Of a stretch of 64,000 nt of DNA, positions 38,901 through 48,277 are shown piece by piece. The translations under genes and the position numbers were made by a program. Location of the stretch: contig JAHBTQ010000007.1 in the NCBI GenBank assembly GCA_019638495.1, positions 50,757 to 114,756 of the forward strand. Reading direction: 5' to 3'. This DNA comes from Taibaiella sp. Lineage in GTDB: Bacteria; Bacteroidota; Bacteroidia; Chitinophagales; Chitinophagaceae. The notes below the pieces were generated by a model. The model was not told where the DNA came from, did no database searches, and worked only from the letters and a program-made list of their open reading frames with translations. Every line of letters begins with the position of its first letter. Position 1 is the first letter of the stretch.

Positions 38901-39299
38901 CAAAGAGATAGCCTGGCCGCGCGTATCGTGGATGTCTTCGGCAAAACGAAGGCCCTTAAGGTAATTGTCGACCGCAGCCTGGTAGTTCTGCTTCACGCTC
39001 TGCAGGTTGCCCATAGTGATATGGAGCTTCATGAGGCCAGGCTTCCAACCCAGCCTGGTTGCAAGGTCAATACCCAGGCCACCGTACTTCAGTCCCTTAT
39101 CATTGTTGCCACCGAAACAGGCGGTGGACACTGCGTAATAGAGGTTCACCTTGCTGGTATCATCGTGATACCGGGAAAGTTGCTTGATAAGTGAATCGAC
39201 ATGTGCCGCACCCTGCCACTGTGCCTGCACCCTGGGAAAGCAGACAACGGAGAATACGAGCAGCCACAAACGTAAATGCCTTATCATAGTGGACGACAT
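35985..39299 (-). CDS. Hybrid sensor histidine kinase (TPR sensor, TM, HisKA, HATPase, REC, Hpt)
   Basis: FLANMSHEIRTPMN H-box; QVLMNLGGNAIKFT; DTGIGI; GGTGLGLSI; LLADDN..DVQMPVMSG; IHAFKP Hpt. Confidence 0.93.
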   Translation of the reverse strand: MSSTMIRHLRLWLLVFSVVCFPRVQAQWQGAAHVDSLIKQLSRYHDDTSKVNLYYAVSTACFGGNNDKGLKYGGLGIDLATRLGWKPGLMKLHITMGNLQSVKQNYQAAVDNYLKGLRFAEDIHDTRGQAISLRSTGNVYSYKIKDYQKAIDYYLRCEAIDEKLGDNREAAEVLSEVGSVYLLKKDYTRAIDYFQQAQGKGESAADYSIVGEQLVNVSSVLYSQAKYQPALENVQRAQKFYEAAGDKKGIALSLHKMGSIYFAQKDHAHALDAYARSLKLAEAASKKSLMLDNLLGIAEVYSVTKDHVHALQYATRGAQIAESIGNKDATGKALGLVGQSYFELADGKGHSSIPDTLQALPATMRLQRAHYFLDKAIDLQKETGDYEGLADAYETLSKVQYQEGDRDGSKESYKQHTTYLEGMYNRDKSVEVARKDMQYVFAKKQEILRQENEAREMAMQKEMQLNTLQHEYEMKRAAASSEQERQRLEYEQELKQRQIAFEYERKQARLEARAALEKAGLEKDNALSMAKLREARRERLLYIAGILLLGVLTAGAYNRNAILKKNKRVLEEKNRQIAEEKENAERMRARAEESEKFKQMFLANMSHEIRTPMNAVNGMTDILLEKQPRKDQVSYLQAISKSAEVLLHIINDILDLSKIEAGKMELEKIDFSLSETVAQVKDTLSHKADEKGLHISIDIAPDVPDVVMGDPFRLNQVLMNLGGNAIKFTERGSIQFRITKAGETAEHTDLRFEVIDTGIGIPPEKIQNLFGNFAQVNSSDTRKYGGTGLGLSISKQLVEMHGGNIAVESVLNSGSTFFFTIRYPKGSVERLTARMQQEKRADGSALNGLRILLADDNEYNRMVVQETLALKADVEIDMAVNGQEALDAVRANNYDVVLMDVQMPVMSGIDATIAIRTQLPEAKRNVPIVALTASTLREDIDKCLNAGMNSYVPKPFKAWQLISTLAEMTGRKLTTSQSPISATDTAEDKPLQRRPGMVTDPDYLSDFCDGDPNRVKKYIAMYLKGVPVFLEKLSAARDARDKKEMALRIHAFKPNWLIMGMRSTGDLGSIVERMCHEEGDEVFTRVNELLENTERSVRELESLG

Positions 39300-39386
39300 T
39301 AAACAAACTTACTATTTCCTGATGGTTTCTGCTATTTGTGGGTCCGTGGGAATTGATAGCATCTCTTATACGAGGAGATTCAATAT

Positions 39387-39782
39387 ATGCGGGAAAATCG
39401 GTATTTTCGTTCTGTGCTGAAAAGACTGATATATAGTTGTTTGCTATTGGTGTTTGCGCCCTCCTGTACAAGGGAGACCTCGCAAAAGCAAGTCATAAAT
39501 GGCGGCCCTCACAAGGGGACCATATTGTTTGAGATGTGTGGCAACATAGCAATCCGCGTTACCGATGGTACATTGAAGGGCCAAATGAACTGGCGCCGCG
39601 ATGGCGACAGCACGGTTTACGACAATGTGTTTCGGGTAGCGAATCCGTGTACGTGGGGATGGGACAGAAAGTCTAATGACGTCTCTTTTATGATAGTGGC
39701 GCCGCAGCCTCAAACATGTATGCAGTGTATGGCCTGGACTGCCACACCCGATACCGCCTACCACATAGTGATAGTGAAATAA
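39387..39782 (+). CDS. Hypothetical lipoprotein
   Basis: Lipobox-like APSC after a hydrophobic stretch; several Cys including CMQC. Confidence 0.6.
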   Translation: MRENRYFRSVLKRLIYSCLLLVFAPSCTRETSQKQVINGGPHKGTILFEMCGNIAIRVTDGTLKGQMNWRRDGDSTVYDNVFRVANPCTWGWDRKSNDVSFMIVAPQPQTCMQCMAWTATPDTAYHIVIVK

Positions 39783-39831
39783 CGTAGGACAATAGAACGG
39801 CGATTTGTATTTTGCCGGTTCAATTGTTCTT

Positions 39832-41586
39832 ATGCGGATACGTTACGTTCTATCTCTGTTAATAATGTTTTCTATGAGTCTTACATCATTCGGCTTGCCT
39901 GTAGGCGATGAAGATGCACGCTTTGAAGAATTTAAGAAGACCTACCTGGAGGAAATGTGGCGCACCTATCCTACATGGGCCAGCAGTATAGGCTATCATA
40001 AGTATGACAATACGCTGGTGGTGCCCGATGATGAATCGCGGCGGGTGGAACTGGCATTTTCCCAGAACCTGATGATGGCGCTGACCCACTTTGAGTTGGC
40101 AAAGCTGAGTACCGCTAACAAGACGGACTACCACATGATGGAGAACCAACTGAAGAGCACGCAGTGGGCAGTAAAGGACCTACGTGCCTGGGAGTGGGAT
40201 CCAACTACATACAATTTGTCCGGTACGTTTGCGGAAATGCTGAACAATGACTATGAGCCACTGGACAACCGTCTCAGAAATTTCAGTCAGCGGATGAGCT
40301 ATATTCCTGCTTACTATGAAGCTGCTAAACGAAATATTAAGAACCCCACAAAGGAGCATACAGAGCTGGCGATAGAACAGATAAACGGAGGGCTCAGCGT
40401 CTTTGAAATGGACCTGGGCGAGGCAGTAGGTAAGTCGGGACTGACGAACGACGAGCGGGCCGCTATAAAGAAGCGTGCCGCAGAGAGCATTGCTGCCATT
40501 AAAGCCTTTACGAAATGGCTGAAAGAATTAGACAACAAGACGCCCAGGAGCTTCAGGCTGGGCAAAGACCTTTACGAAATGAAGTTCGCGTACGATCTGC
40601 AGTCGGGTTTTACGGCAGCGCAGATATATGAGCGTGCGCTGGCGCGTAAGAAAGAACTGCATGGCAAGATGTATGAGGTGACCACGCAGCTATGGAGCAA
40701 GTATTACAAGACGGCGATGCCCGAAGATACGTTTGCAGCGATTAGCCAAATGATCAACAGGCTTTCGGAAGAGCACGTTAAACCGGGAGATTTTCAGTCA
40801 GCAATAGAGAAGCAGATACCGGAGCTTATTGCATTCATTAAGCGGAAAGACCTATTGTATATAGACCCCTCGAAGCCGCTGGTAGTGCGCAGGGAGCCGG
40901 CATATATGGCGGGAGTGGCAGGTGCATCTATCAGTGCGCCCGGGCCGTATGATAAGGAGGGCAACACTTATTACAACGTAGGAAGCCTGGATGGATGGGA
41001 TTCAGCTAAAGCAGAGAGCTACCTGCGCGAATACAACAAGTATATACTGCAGATACTGAATATACATGAAGCTATACCAGGCCACTACACACAATTGGTA
41101 TATGCTAACCAGTCGCCCTCTCTTATTAAATCGGTATTGGGAAACAATGCCATGATAGAAGGTTGGGCTGTGTACACAGAGCTGATGATGCTGGAGAATG
41201 GTTATGGAGCACGGCCAATGGCACCCACACAGGATGCGCCTGCAGAGATGTGGCTGATGTACTATAAGTGGAACCTAAGGAGTACATGCAATACCATACT
41301 GGACTATAGTGTGCATGCCGGCAATATGGACAAGGCGCAAGCCATGAAGCTACTGGTGAATGAGGCCTTTCAGCAGCAGGCAGAAGCTGAGGGCAAATGG
41401 CGCCGCGTATCGGTAACGCAGGTGCAGTTGTGCTGCTACTTTACGGGATTCACTGAAATATGTGCGCTACGTGAGGAAGTGAAAAAGAAAGAGGGCACGA
41501 AATTCAGCCTGAAGAAGTTTCACGAGCGGTTTCTCTCCTATGGCAGCGCGCCGGTGAAGTATATACGGGAGATGATGCTGAACTGA
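39832..41586 (+). CDS. DUF885 domain-containing protein
   Basis: HEAIPGHYTQL, EGWAVYTE, QLCCYFTGF, LKKFHERFLSYGS. Confidence 0.9.
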   Translation: MRIRYVLSLLIMFSMSLTSFGLPVGDEDARFEEFKKTYLEEMWRTYPTWASSIGYHKYDNTLVVPDDESRRVELAFSQNLMMALTHFELAKLSTANKTDYHMMENQLKSTQWAVKDLRAWEWDPTTYNLSGTFAEMLNNDYEPLDNRLRNFSQRMSYIPAYYEAAKRNIKNPTKEHTELAIEQINGGLSVFEMDLGEAVGKSGLTNDERAAIKKRAAESIAAIKAFTKWLKELDNKTPRSFRLGKDLYEMKFAYDLQSGFTAAQIYERALARKKELHGKMYEVTTQLWSKYYKTAMPEDTFAAISQMINRLSEEHVKPGDFQSAIEKQIPELIAFIKRKDLLYIDPSKPLVVRREPAYMAGVAGASISAPGPYDKEGNTYYNVGSLDGWDSAKAESYLREYNKYILQILNIHEAIPGHYTQLVYANQSPSLIKSVLGNNAMIEGWAVYTELMMLENGYGARPMAPTQDAPAEMWLMYYKWNLRSTCNTILDYSVHAGNMDKAQAMKLLVNEAFQQQAEAEGKWRRVSVTQVQLCCYFTGFTEICALREEVKKKEGTKFSLKKFHERFLSYGSAPVKYIREMMLN

Positions 41587-43668
41587 TCAGAGATTGGCAG
41601 GGAATGAGATGTGGAACGCAGTTCCCTTTCCCTCTTCACTTTCGAACCAGATGTCGCCGCCATGTGAGCGGATGACCTGTAGCGAAATAGAAAGACCGAG
41701 GCCATGTGAAGGTTCGCCCGCAGTGCCCACCATTCGTGCGTCTGTGAACATGTCGAATACGTGACCCTTGTGTTTTTCAGAGATGCCGATTCCCGAGTCA
41801 GTGACGGTGATGTGAACGTTGCCTGCCGCAGCGATCATGGTCAGTTTTATGACCGTATTCTCATAGCTGAATTTGACCGCATTTGAGAGGATGTTCATCA
41901 GCACCCTGCGAATCTTGTCTCCATCTACATTGGCATATACGGGCGCATCGGGCAGGCTCAGCTCGATCTTCTGACCCTTATCGTGTGCTTTTACGCTCAT
42001 CAGGTCCACCGCTTTTCTTATCAGCTGGTTGATGTCCGTTTTCTCTTTCTTTAGCGTGTTGTCTCCAATGTCCCGGGACGCCTGCAGTATGTCTTTAGAT
42101 AGCGTTAGTGAGTTGGTGCTGGCCTCTTTTATCATGCCGGCTATCTCCAGTTGTTCATCCCGGCTGGCATTTGGGTCGTTGATCATTATGTCGGCAAGAG
42201 ATACTATCGCTGCAATGGGACTCATCACGTCGTGGGCTACAGACTTTAGGATGCGCGAATTGTCTTTCTCTTTTGCCTGCAGTTTTTCCAGTGTTTCCTG
42301 CAGCTTACGGCGCTGTTCCAGTATTTCGTTGTTCAGGTTACGCAGCTCTGTTACGTGCCTCTGTGTGCGGCGGGAGTTGCGCAGCACAAGAATAACTATG
42401 GCCAAAGCCATACCAGCGAAAATGGCCATGATCACCATATAGACCTTTTGCTGTTTACGGTCGCTGATGAGCATGTTTATCTTGTACTGTTTCTGCACAT
42501 CGCGAACGCGCATATCCAGGTCAGTTTCCATTAAGGCTTTATTGGCATTTGCTTGTTCTTCATTGCGCACCATATACATGCGCAGGTGCCTGAAGCTGGC
42601 CAGGGAGTCGCCGCGTAGCTCGTTATATTGCCACATGAGCTTGTGCCACATGGTTTCTACGCTCTTATCGGGTATCGTATCCAGTTCCACCTTCACCATG
42701 TCCAGTGTACCCTTTGCCAGGTTTGGCTCTCCAAGCTTAAAGTAAAGCGCTGCCAGCTTCACCTGGTCTATTAGTGCGTCTGAGTTTGCGTAGCCCTTCT
42801 GAAGGTTGATAGCAATACTATGCTCATAAAGTACGCGGGCTGAGTCGTGCTGGCCGAGGTGCATGAATACCTCGGCCATGTTGCCGTAGACTACGGCTTT
42901 TGGCGCCTCATAAACATGCATTTGCTTTATGGGGAACTTACCGGTCATATGGTTCAGATAGGTAAGAGCCCTCTTGTAATAATGCATGGCACTGTCATAT
43001 TTCTTCAGTGCGTTATAACACAGCCCTATGTTGTCCAGTATTTCCTGCTTGAAATAAAATACGTTGAAGTCTTCCTCGCAATAGTGAGCCTGGCGATAAG
43101 CTTCTTTGAATCGTTCTGCCGACTGCTCATAGCGCTGCTGCCGGTAAAGTGTCATGGCAAGGCTGTAGGTGTATGTGCGCAGCGCGCATGAGTCTTTTGA
43201 CTGCATGGCAAGTAGCTGAGCCAGGTGGTAGTAATTATAGGCATCGGTATAGCTGCCGGTGGCAAAGAGCCCGTCAGCCTTCATGTTGAAGGCAACTATT
43301 TTCCAGCGTGAGATGGTTTTGTCCTCTTCGTCCCCTTGCTTATCCAGCAGTTCTATCATGCTGTCAGCAACAGCAATAGACTTGTCATTTTCTCCCCTGT
43401 GGTTATAAATGACATTAAGATACTCATAGTAAGCAACCTGGTCAGCGACGGTCATGTCTCCTGCCCTTTCGCTACGCATTTTCAGTACGGTGTCCAGCGC
43501 CTGGGGTACAAACCCGGCATCGCCCAGGCTATCAGTGTAGCGAAAAAATCGTGCAAGCTCAGGGGTTATCTCTCGACTTTCAGTGTTTCGTTGAGTGCAC
43601 GAACATAGCATAGCCAAAAAGGCCAGCAAGATCACTGTTCTATGCCTTGAAACACTTGTTGATAGCAT
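41587..43668 (-). CDS. TPR-containing sensor histidine kinase
   Basis: TPR-like helices, TM, VAHDVMSPI H-box, NILSNAVKFS, DSGIGI, HGLGLSIS. Confidence 0.9.
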   Translation of the reverse strand: MLSTSVSRHRTVILLAFLAMLCSCTQRNTESREITPELARFFRYTDSLGDAGFVPQALDTVLKMRSERAGDMTVADQVAYYEYLNVIYNHRGENDKSIAVADSMIELLDKQGDEEDKTISRWKIVAFNMKADGLFATGSYTDAYNYYHLAQLLAMQSKDSCALRTYTYSLAMTLYRQQRYEQSAERFKEAYRQAHYCEEDFNVFYFKQEILDNIGLCYNALKKYDSAMHYYKRALTYLNHMTGKFPIKQMHVYEAPKAVVYGNMAEVFMHLGQHDSARVLYEHSIAINLQKGYANSDALIDQVKLAALYFKLGEPNLAKGTLDMVKVELDTIPDKSVETMWHKLMWQYNELRGDSLASFRHLRMYMVRNEEQANANKALMETDLDMRVRDVQKQYKINMLISDRKQQKVYMVIMAIFAGMALAIVILVLRNSRRTQRHVTELRNLNNEILEQRRKLQETLEKLQAKEKDNSRILKSVAHDVMSPIAAIVSLADIMINDPNASRDEQLEIAGMIKEASTNSLTLSKDILQASRDIGDNTLKKEKTDINQLIRKAVDLMSVKAHDKGQKIELSLPDAPVYANVDGDKIRRVLMNILSNAVKFSYENTVIKLTMIAAAGNVHITVTDSGIGISEKHKGHVFDMFTDARMVGTAGEPSHGLGLSISLQVIRSHGGDIWFESEEGKGTAFHISFPANL

Positions 43669-43735
43669 CAATACCCGAAAGTAGGCTTTGCAACGAATAA
43701 TACAAACAGTTAACTGTTAATAAATGTGAGCTTAA

Positions 43736-45643
43736 CTACCTGTTGATGATTACCTCTACCCGGCGGTTTTTGAGCTGCCCCTCTTCTGTATCGTTAGATG
43801 CGATGGGGTTTGCTTCACCCCATCCGCGGGCTGTCATCATTTCGGGTATGAAACCCATAGTCTGCAGTTCTTTCGCCACCATATTGGCTCGTTTCGCAGA
43901 CAGGCTTTCGTTTATCATAGGGGTGCCGGTATTGTCGGTGTATGCGTTTATATAGAGTACGATCCCCTTTTCATCAAGCCATGGCTCCATAGTAGCATGC
44001 AGTGCCTGTTTTTCCTCGTCGGTAAGTTCTGTAACGTTTTTGTCGAAGTGAACAGCGATGGCCAGGCTATCATGTATGTGCTGCACGGGGTCATAGTCGC
44101 GCGCCAGCATGGCAATGTTGTGGGTCAGCGGCATATTCGCGTATTCTTTTCCCAGTTCCACAGTGTCGCTCAGCTCGGTATATCCCATCCTGGATGTGTG
44201 CACCGCATAGGTCTTGCCGGGCTGCAGGGTGATGACGTAGCTACCATCGCCACGATTGCTGCGCAGGGTATATAGCGTGTCGCCGAGGGTAGCATTGCAG
44301 ATAATAATATTGGCAGAGTTCAGTCTCTCGCGCGAGATGCTATCCAGCACATAACCCTGCAAATAGCTGACAGGGGTGGGGGCCACCAGGGCGGGTATAG
44401 CCACCTTGTAAATGTCATAGTTACCTGCGGGGCCGCCTCGGTCACTGCCGAAGAGTAGCGTTTTGCCGTCGAGCGATACAAACGCGCTGCGCTCGTCATA
44501 GGCGGTGTTTATGGGGTGGCCCATGTTTTCGGCTTCTCCCCAGGAGCCATCGCCCTTGCGACGGGACATAAACAGGTCTGTGCCTCCCAGGCCGGGACGG
44601 TAATCGCTGGAGAAGAATAGCGTCTTATTGTCTGCGGCGATGAAGGGAGCAGTTTCATTTCCGGCAGTGTTCACGCCGGGGCCGGCATTGACCGGGAGCT
44701 GCCACAGGCCGTCCTCAAAGCGCGATACCCAGATGTCGTAACCGCCAAAGCCGCCTTTGCGGTCGCTGACGAAGAAGAGTTCGGTATTGTCGGGCGACAG
44801 GCTGGGCATGCCTTCAAATGTGGGGTTGTTGATAGTTTGGCCAAATGGCTGTGGTTGTGTCCATTCTCCATCCAGCTTCACGCGATAGGCCATAAAGAGG
44901 TCGCAGCCGCCCATAGTAGAACCGTTGGGACTGAAGTTTTCGCAGCGGGTGAAAAATAGGTAATGCCCATCGGCAGAGATGAATTGCGACGATTCCTGGT
45001 TGGCAGAGTTTGGTGGGGCGCCGGCATTGTCGGCGCGTAGCCAGCCACCGCAGGAGTCGGCCCAGGCATAATAAAGGTCCTCATCCTGGTTGTTCATCCT
45101 GCGGGTGAAGAAGAGTTGCTGAGCGTCTGCGGCCATAGTAGGGAATAGCTCCGGCGATTCGCTGTTTACCCTCGGCCCCAGGCTTTCCGGCCATGTGCCC
45201 CAGGAATGTAGCAGGGCCTTCTTTACAAAGGTGGCTTGCCGAAAGTAGAAGTTCCATTCGGCGCTATCCTTGAGTGTAGCGTAGTTGCTAATGAGCATAA
45301 GCGCCTCATCGGCATTGCCATTGTAGATAAGGCTGCGCACCATGGGCTTCATAAAGCGGAGCTTACCGTTGTGACATTTGGCTGAAGCCTTGCGAAAGGT
45401 CTCTACAGACTTTGCGAAGTCGTGGCCCTCAAAGTACCATTCGCCCAGCATGCTGTAGTTGTCGCCGTTTACCGGGTCGTTGGTAAGCGCCTCTTCCATG
45501 GCGGCGCAGGCTTCCTTGTATTTTCTTTCTGATTTTAGCTTTAGCGCCTCTTCCGCATACTTTACTGCTTTCTTTTCCGACTGGGCAAAACCGGCCGTTC
45601 CAAGAACCATACAGTAAGTAAATAATAATACGAGTAGACGCAT
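43736..45643 (-). CDS. OmpA-family protein with TPR, PD40 repeats and a carboxypeptidase-regulatory-like domain (PorE-like)
   Basis: P.ISADG..LFF repeats, GG.GG.DIW, INAYTDNTG...NESLSAKRA...NRRVEV. Confidence 0.88.
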   Translation of the reverse strand: MRLLVLLFTYCMVLGTAGFAQSEKKAVKYAEEALKLKSERKYKEACAAMEEALTNDPVNGDNYSMLGEWYFEGHDFAKSVETFRKASAKCHNGKLRFMKPMVRSLIYNGNADEALMLISNYATLKDSAEWNFYFRQATFVKKALLHSWGTWPESLGPRVNSESPELFPTMAADAQQLFFTRRMNNQDEDLYYAWADSCGGWLRADNAGAPPNSANQESSQFISADGHYLFFTRCENFSPNGSTMGGCDLFMAYRVKLDGEWTQPQPFGQTINNPTFEGMPSLSPDNTELFFVSDRKGGFGGYDIWVSRFEDGLWQLPVNAGPGVNTAGNETAPFIAADNKTLFFSSDYRPGLGGTDLFMSRRKGDGSWGEAENMGHPINTAYDERSAFVSLDGKTLLFGSDRGGPAGNYDIYKVAIPALVAPTPVSYLQGYVLDSISRERLNSANIIICNATLGDTLYTLRSNRGDGSYVITLQPGKTYAVHTSRMGYTELSDTVELGKEYANMPLTHNIAMLARDYDPVQHIHDSLAIAVHFDKNVTELTDEEKQALHATMEPWLDEKGIVLYINAYTDNTGTPMINESLSAKRANMVAKELQTMGFIPEMMTARGWGEANPIASNDTEEGQLKNRRVEVIINR

Positions 45644-45714
45644 GGGGCGTCTAAAATACTCAAAAATTGGGAGTGGGGTGGGGACGGGGCCGGAAATGCG
45701 GCCTTCTCTGTCAC

Positions 45715-46014
45715 CTATGCTGCGTCTGCGTCAAAGCGCTTAATAGACGATATCTCACCTTCACGGGCACGTAATTCTTCTTCCAGATCATAATCATCCT
45801 GCAAACCCAGCCAGAATTTGGCCGTATTGCCGAAGTACCGGGAAAGCCGAAGTGCGGTATCTGCAGTTATCCGGCGATTTCCCTTTACGATTTCTGATAC
45901 ACGGGTTTGCGGTATGCCTGTATCCTTTGCCAGGCGGTAGGCGGATATGCCGAGCTCGGAAAGGAATTCCTCTTTCAGTATTTCGCCCGGGTGGATGTTT
46001 TTGAGTTTGGTCAT
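45715..46014 (-). CDS. higA: HigA family antitoxin (HTH)
   Basis: IHPGEILKEEFL, RITADTALRLSRYFGNTAKFWLGLQ. Confidence 0.93.
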   Translation of the reverse strand: MTKLKNIHPGEILKEEFLSELGISAYRLAKDTGIPQTRVSEIVKGNRRITADTALRLSRYFGNTAKFWLGLQDDYDLEEELRAREGEISSIKRFDADAA

Positions 46015-46024
46015 AGCTTCCTAT

Positions 46025-46306
46025 TTAATGGTAATCCACAATATTTACCTCTGTAGCATGGCCCATTTGCCATTTGAAAATTATTCTCCATTGCGCGTTG
46101 ATGCGAATTGAATAGAATGAACTCAAGTCGCCGGATAGTTTCTCAAGTCTATTCGCTGGCGGAACTTTAAGATCTGCGACATTTTGCGAGTTGTTCAGCA
46201 TTCTTAGTTTTCTCCGCGCGATTTCCTGTATTTCGTTTGGCAATTTGGCTGAACGATCACCCCGCCAGATTTTTTCTGTTTCTTTTGAACCAAATGATAG
46301 GATCAT
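46025..46306 (-). CDS. higB: HigB/RelE family toxin
   Basis: MILSFGSKETEKIW, PPANRLEKL, YSIRINAQWRIIF, IVDYH; toxin-first gene order; TACCTTTG box at 46331-46338. Confidence 0.92.
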   Translation of the reverse strand: MILSFGSKETEKIWRGDRSAKLPNEIQEIARRKLRMLNNSQNVADLKVPPANRLEKLSGDLSSFYSIRINAQWRIIFKWQMGHATEVNIVDYH

Positions 46307-46382
46307 GCTACCGTGTTGCGTTACTTACGTCAAAGGTAAGTATTTTTCTAGTCTACTTATCACTAATTCCTAACTTCGCCGT

Positions 46383-47627
46383 ATGTCTACAACAGTCATT
46401 TGTCCTAATTGTAATACCCAGTTTGAGCCTACTGCCGCCATCGCCCAATCGGTGCGGGAGGAGCTGTCGAAAGAGTTTAACCAAAGGTGGCAGGAGAAAC
46501 AACGCGAGCGAGAGGAGCAGTTCCGGCAGCGGGAGCAGCAACTGGTGCAGCAACAGGCAGAGCAGCAGAAGCGTATGGACGAAGAGCGCCGCGTAATGGA
46601 GGCCAACCTGCGCACAGAATTGCAGAAAAAAGCTGCTGCTGATGTAGAGGCACGTATGCGCCTGCTGGAGGATGACAATAAAACCAAGGACGCAAAACTA
46701 GCGGAGGCGCGAGAGAAAGAAATGGACTTCCTGAAGAAGATGCAGGACCTGAAGACACGAGAGCAGGAGATGGAACTGGAGATGAAGCGCAGGATGATAG
46801 AAGAGCGCACCCGGCTTGAAGAGTCGATACGTAAAGGGGAAGAGGAGAAGAGCAAGTTGGCTCAGGCAGAGTACGATATGAAGCTTCGCGAGCGTGATAA
46901 GCAACTGGAGGACCAGAAGAAGCTGATAGAGGAGATGAAGCGCAAAAGCGAACAAGGCTCTATGCAGCTACAGGGAGAGGTGCAGGAGCTGGCACTGGAA
47001 GAGTTGCTGCGTAGTGCGTTTCCCTTTGATGTGGTGAGTGAGGTAGGAAAGGGCATTCGCGGGGCTGACTGTGTGCTAAAGGTGCGCAACAGTTTTGGGC
47101 AGGAATGTGGGTCTATTATTTTTGAGAGCAAGCGTACCAAAGACTTCAGCCAGGAGTGGGTAGAAAAGCTGAAGGCAGATACACGTACGCTGAATGCGGA
47201 CATAGCTGTGATAGTGACACAGGCCATGCCGAAGGATATGGAGAGCTTCGGGCAGAAGGATGGTGTGTGGGTGTGTAGCTTTGCAGAGGTGAGGCCGCTT
47301 GTGGTGGTGCTGCGCGACCTCATAATAAAAGTGTACACCGCAAGCCGCAGCCAGGAGAATAAGGGCGACAAAATGACGCTGCTCTATAACTACCTTACAA
47401 GCACAGAATTTGCTGCGCAGTGGAATGCGATTCGTGAGGGTTTTGCGCGTATGAAGATGTCCATTCAAAAGGAGCGCGACCAGATGGAAAAATTGTGGAA
47501 GGCGCGTGAAAAGGAATTGGAAAAGGTATTGCTCAATGCCGCACATATACACGGCTCCATAGAGGGCATTGCGGGTATGGACATAGACCTGAACCTGCAG
47601 GCGGGTGAGGCACATTTGATTGAGTAG
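46383..47627 (+). CDS. DUF2130 domain-containing protein (coiled coil plus RmuC-like nuclease-fold region)
   Basis: CPNC N-terminus, long coiled coil, QGSMQLQGEVQELALE, GAD...IIFESKRTK. Confidence 0.88.
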   Translation: MSTTVICPNCNTQFEPTAAIAQSVREELSKEFNQRWQEKQREREEQFRQREQQLVQQQAEQQKRMDEERRVMEANLRTELQKKAAADVEARMRLLEDDNKTKDAKLAEAREKEMDFLKKMQDLKTREQEMELEMKRRMIEERTRLEESIRKGEEEKSKLAQAEYDMKLRERDKQLEDQKKLIEEMKRKSEQGSMQLQGEVQELALEELLRSAFPFDVVSEVGKGIRGADCVLKVRNSFGQECGSIIFESKRTKDFSQEWVEKLKADTRTLNADIAVIVTQAMPKDMESFGQKDGVWVCSFAEVRPLVVVLRDLIIKVYTASRSQENKGDKMTLLYNYLTSTEFAAQWNAIREGFARMKMSIQKERDQMEKLWKAREKELEKVLLNAAHIHGSIEGIAGMDIDLNLQAGEAHLIE

Positions 47628-47762
47628 CTTCACGAAGTGATTGGGTAGCCCGCTATGGGGCAATCTATCCTTTCACATGTTCGTTGCTACAAACAGATAG
47701 CCCTTAAACGGGGCAGCCCACGTCATGAGCATAATTGGTGCCAGCGAATAGTGTCAGCATGA

Positions 47763-47808
47763 GGGAAAGCCCCTTTAGGCCCTGCCTGCCGTCAGGCAGG
47801 GTTTGGGG
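47763..47808 (-). repeat. Composite REP-like element (copy 3 of 3)
   Basis: Near-identical to 9711-9756; abuts the DinB stop. Confidence 0.85.
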
Positions 47809-48267
47809 TTACTTCCTCTTGTAAAAGATATAGTCAGTCACCGGCGGTGTTACACCGGCATTCTTTAGCTCAGTAGCTATCTGGGCGCGGTGGTAGTTGC
47901 AGTGGTTCAATACATGGAAGAGAATGTCGCGGACAGAATTCGTAAATGCCTGTCCCTGGCTGTTGACGTAGGAGATGGGCTCTACAAGTTCTGTAGATGA
48001 CAACACGGAAAGTGAATCTTCGAAGTTCTGTTTGTCTACTTCTTTCCAGTCAGTGGCGGGCTGCTCCTGCCATACTTTGAAGGTTTCAGTGGCCCTTGCA
48101 ATACGTTTGTTCCAGATGTGGTGTGCGTTCAGTACATGGCTCATCAGCTTTATGGCCTTTTCAGACAGCATGTCCTGGTTGGCCATCATTATGTCTATCA
48201 GCGTTTGATTGCTGTGGTTGTTATACTCAAACAGCTCGCCGAAAAAATGCTTCATTTCATTTGTCAT
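47809..48267 (-). CDS. DinB family protein
   Basis: LFEYNNHSN, HVLNAHHIW, DILFHVLNHCNYHRAQI. Confidence 0.9.
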   Translation of the reverse strand: MTNEMKHFFGELFEYNNHSNQTLIDIMMANQDMLSEKAIKLMSHVLNAHHIWNKRIARATETFKVWQEQPATDWKEVDKQNFEDSLSVLSSTELVEPISYVNSQGQAFTNSVRDILFHVLNHCNYHRAQIATELKNAGVTPPVTDYIFYKRK

Positions 48268-48277
48268 ATCTCAGAAT

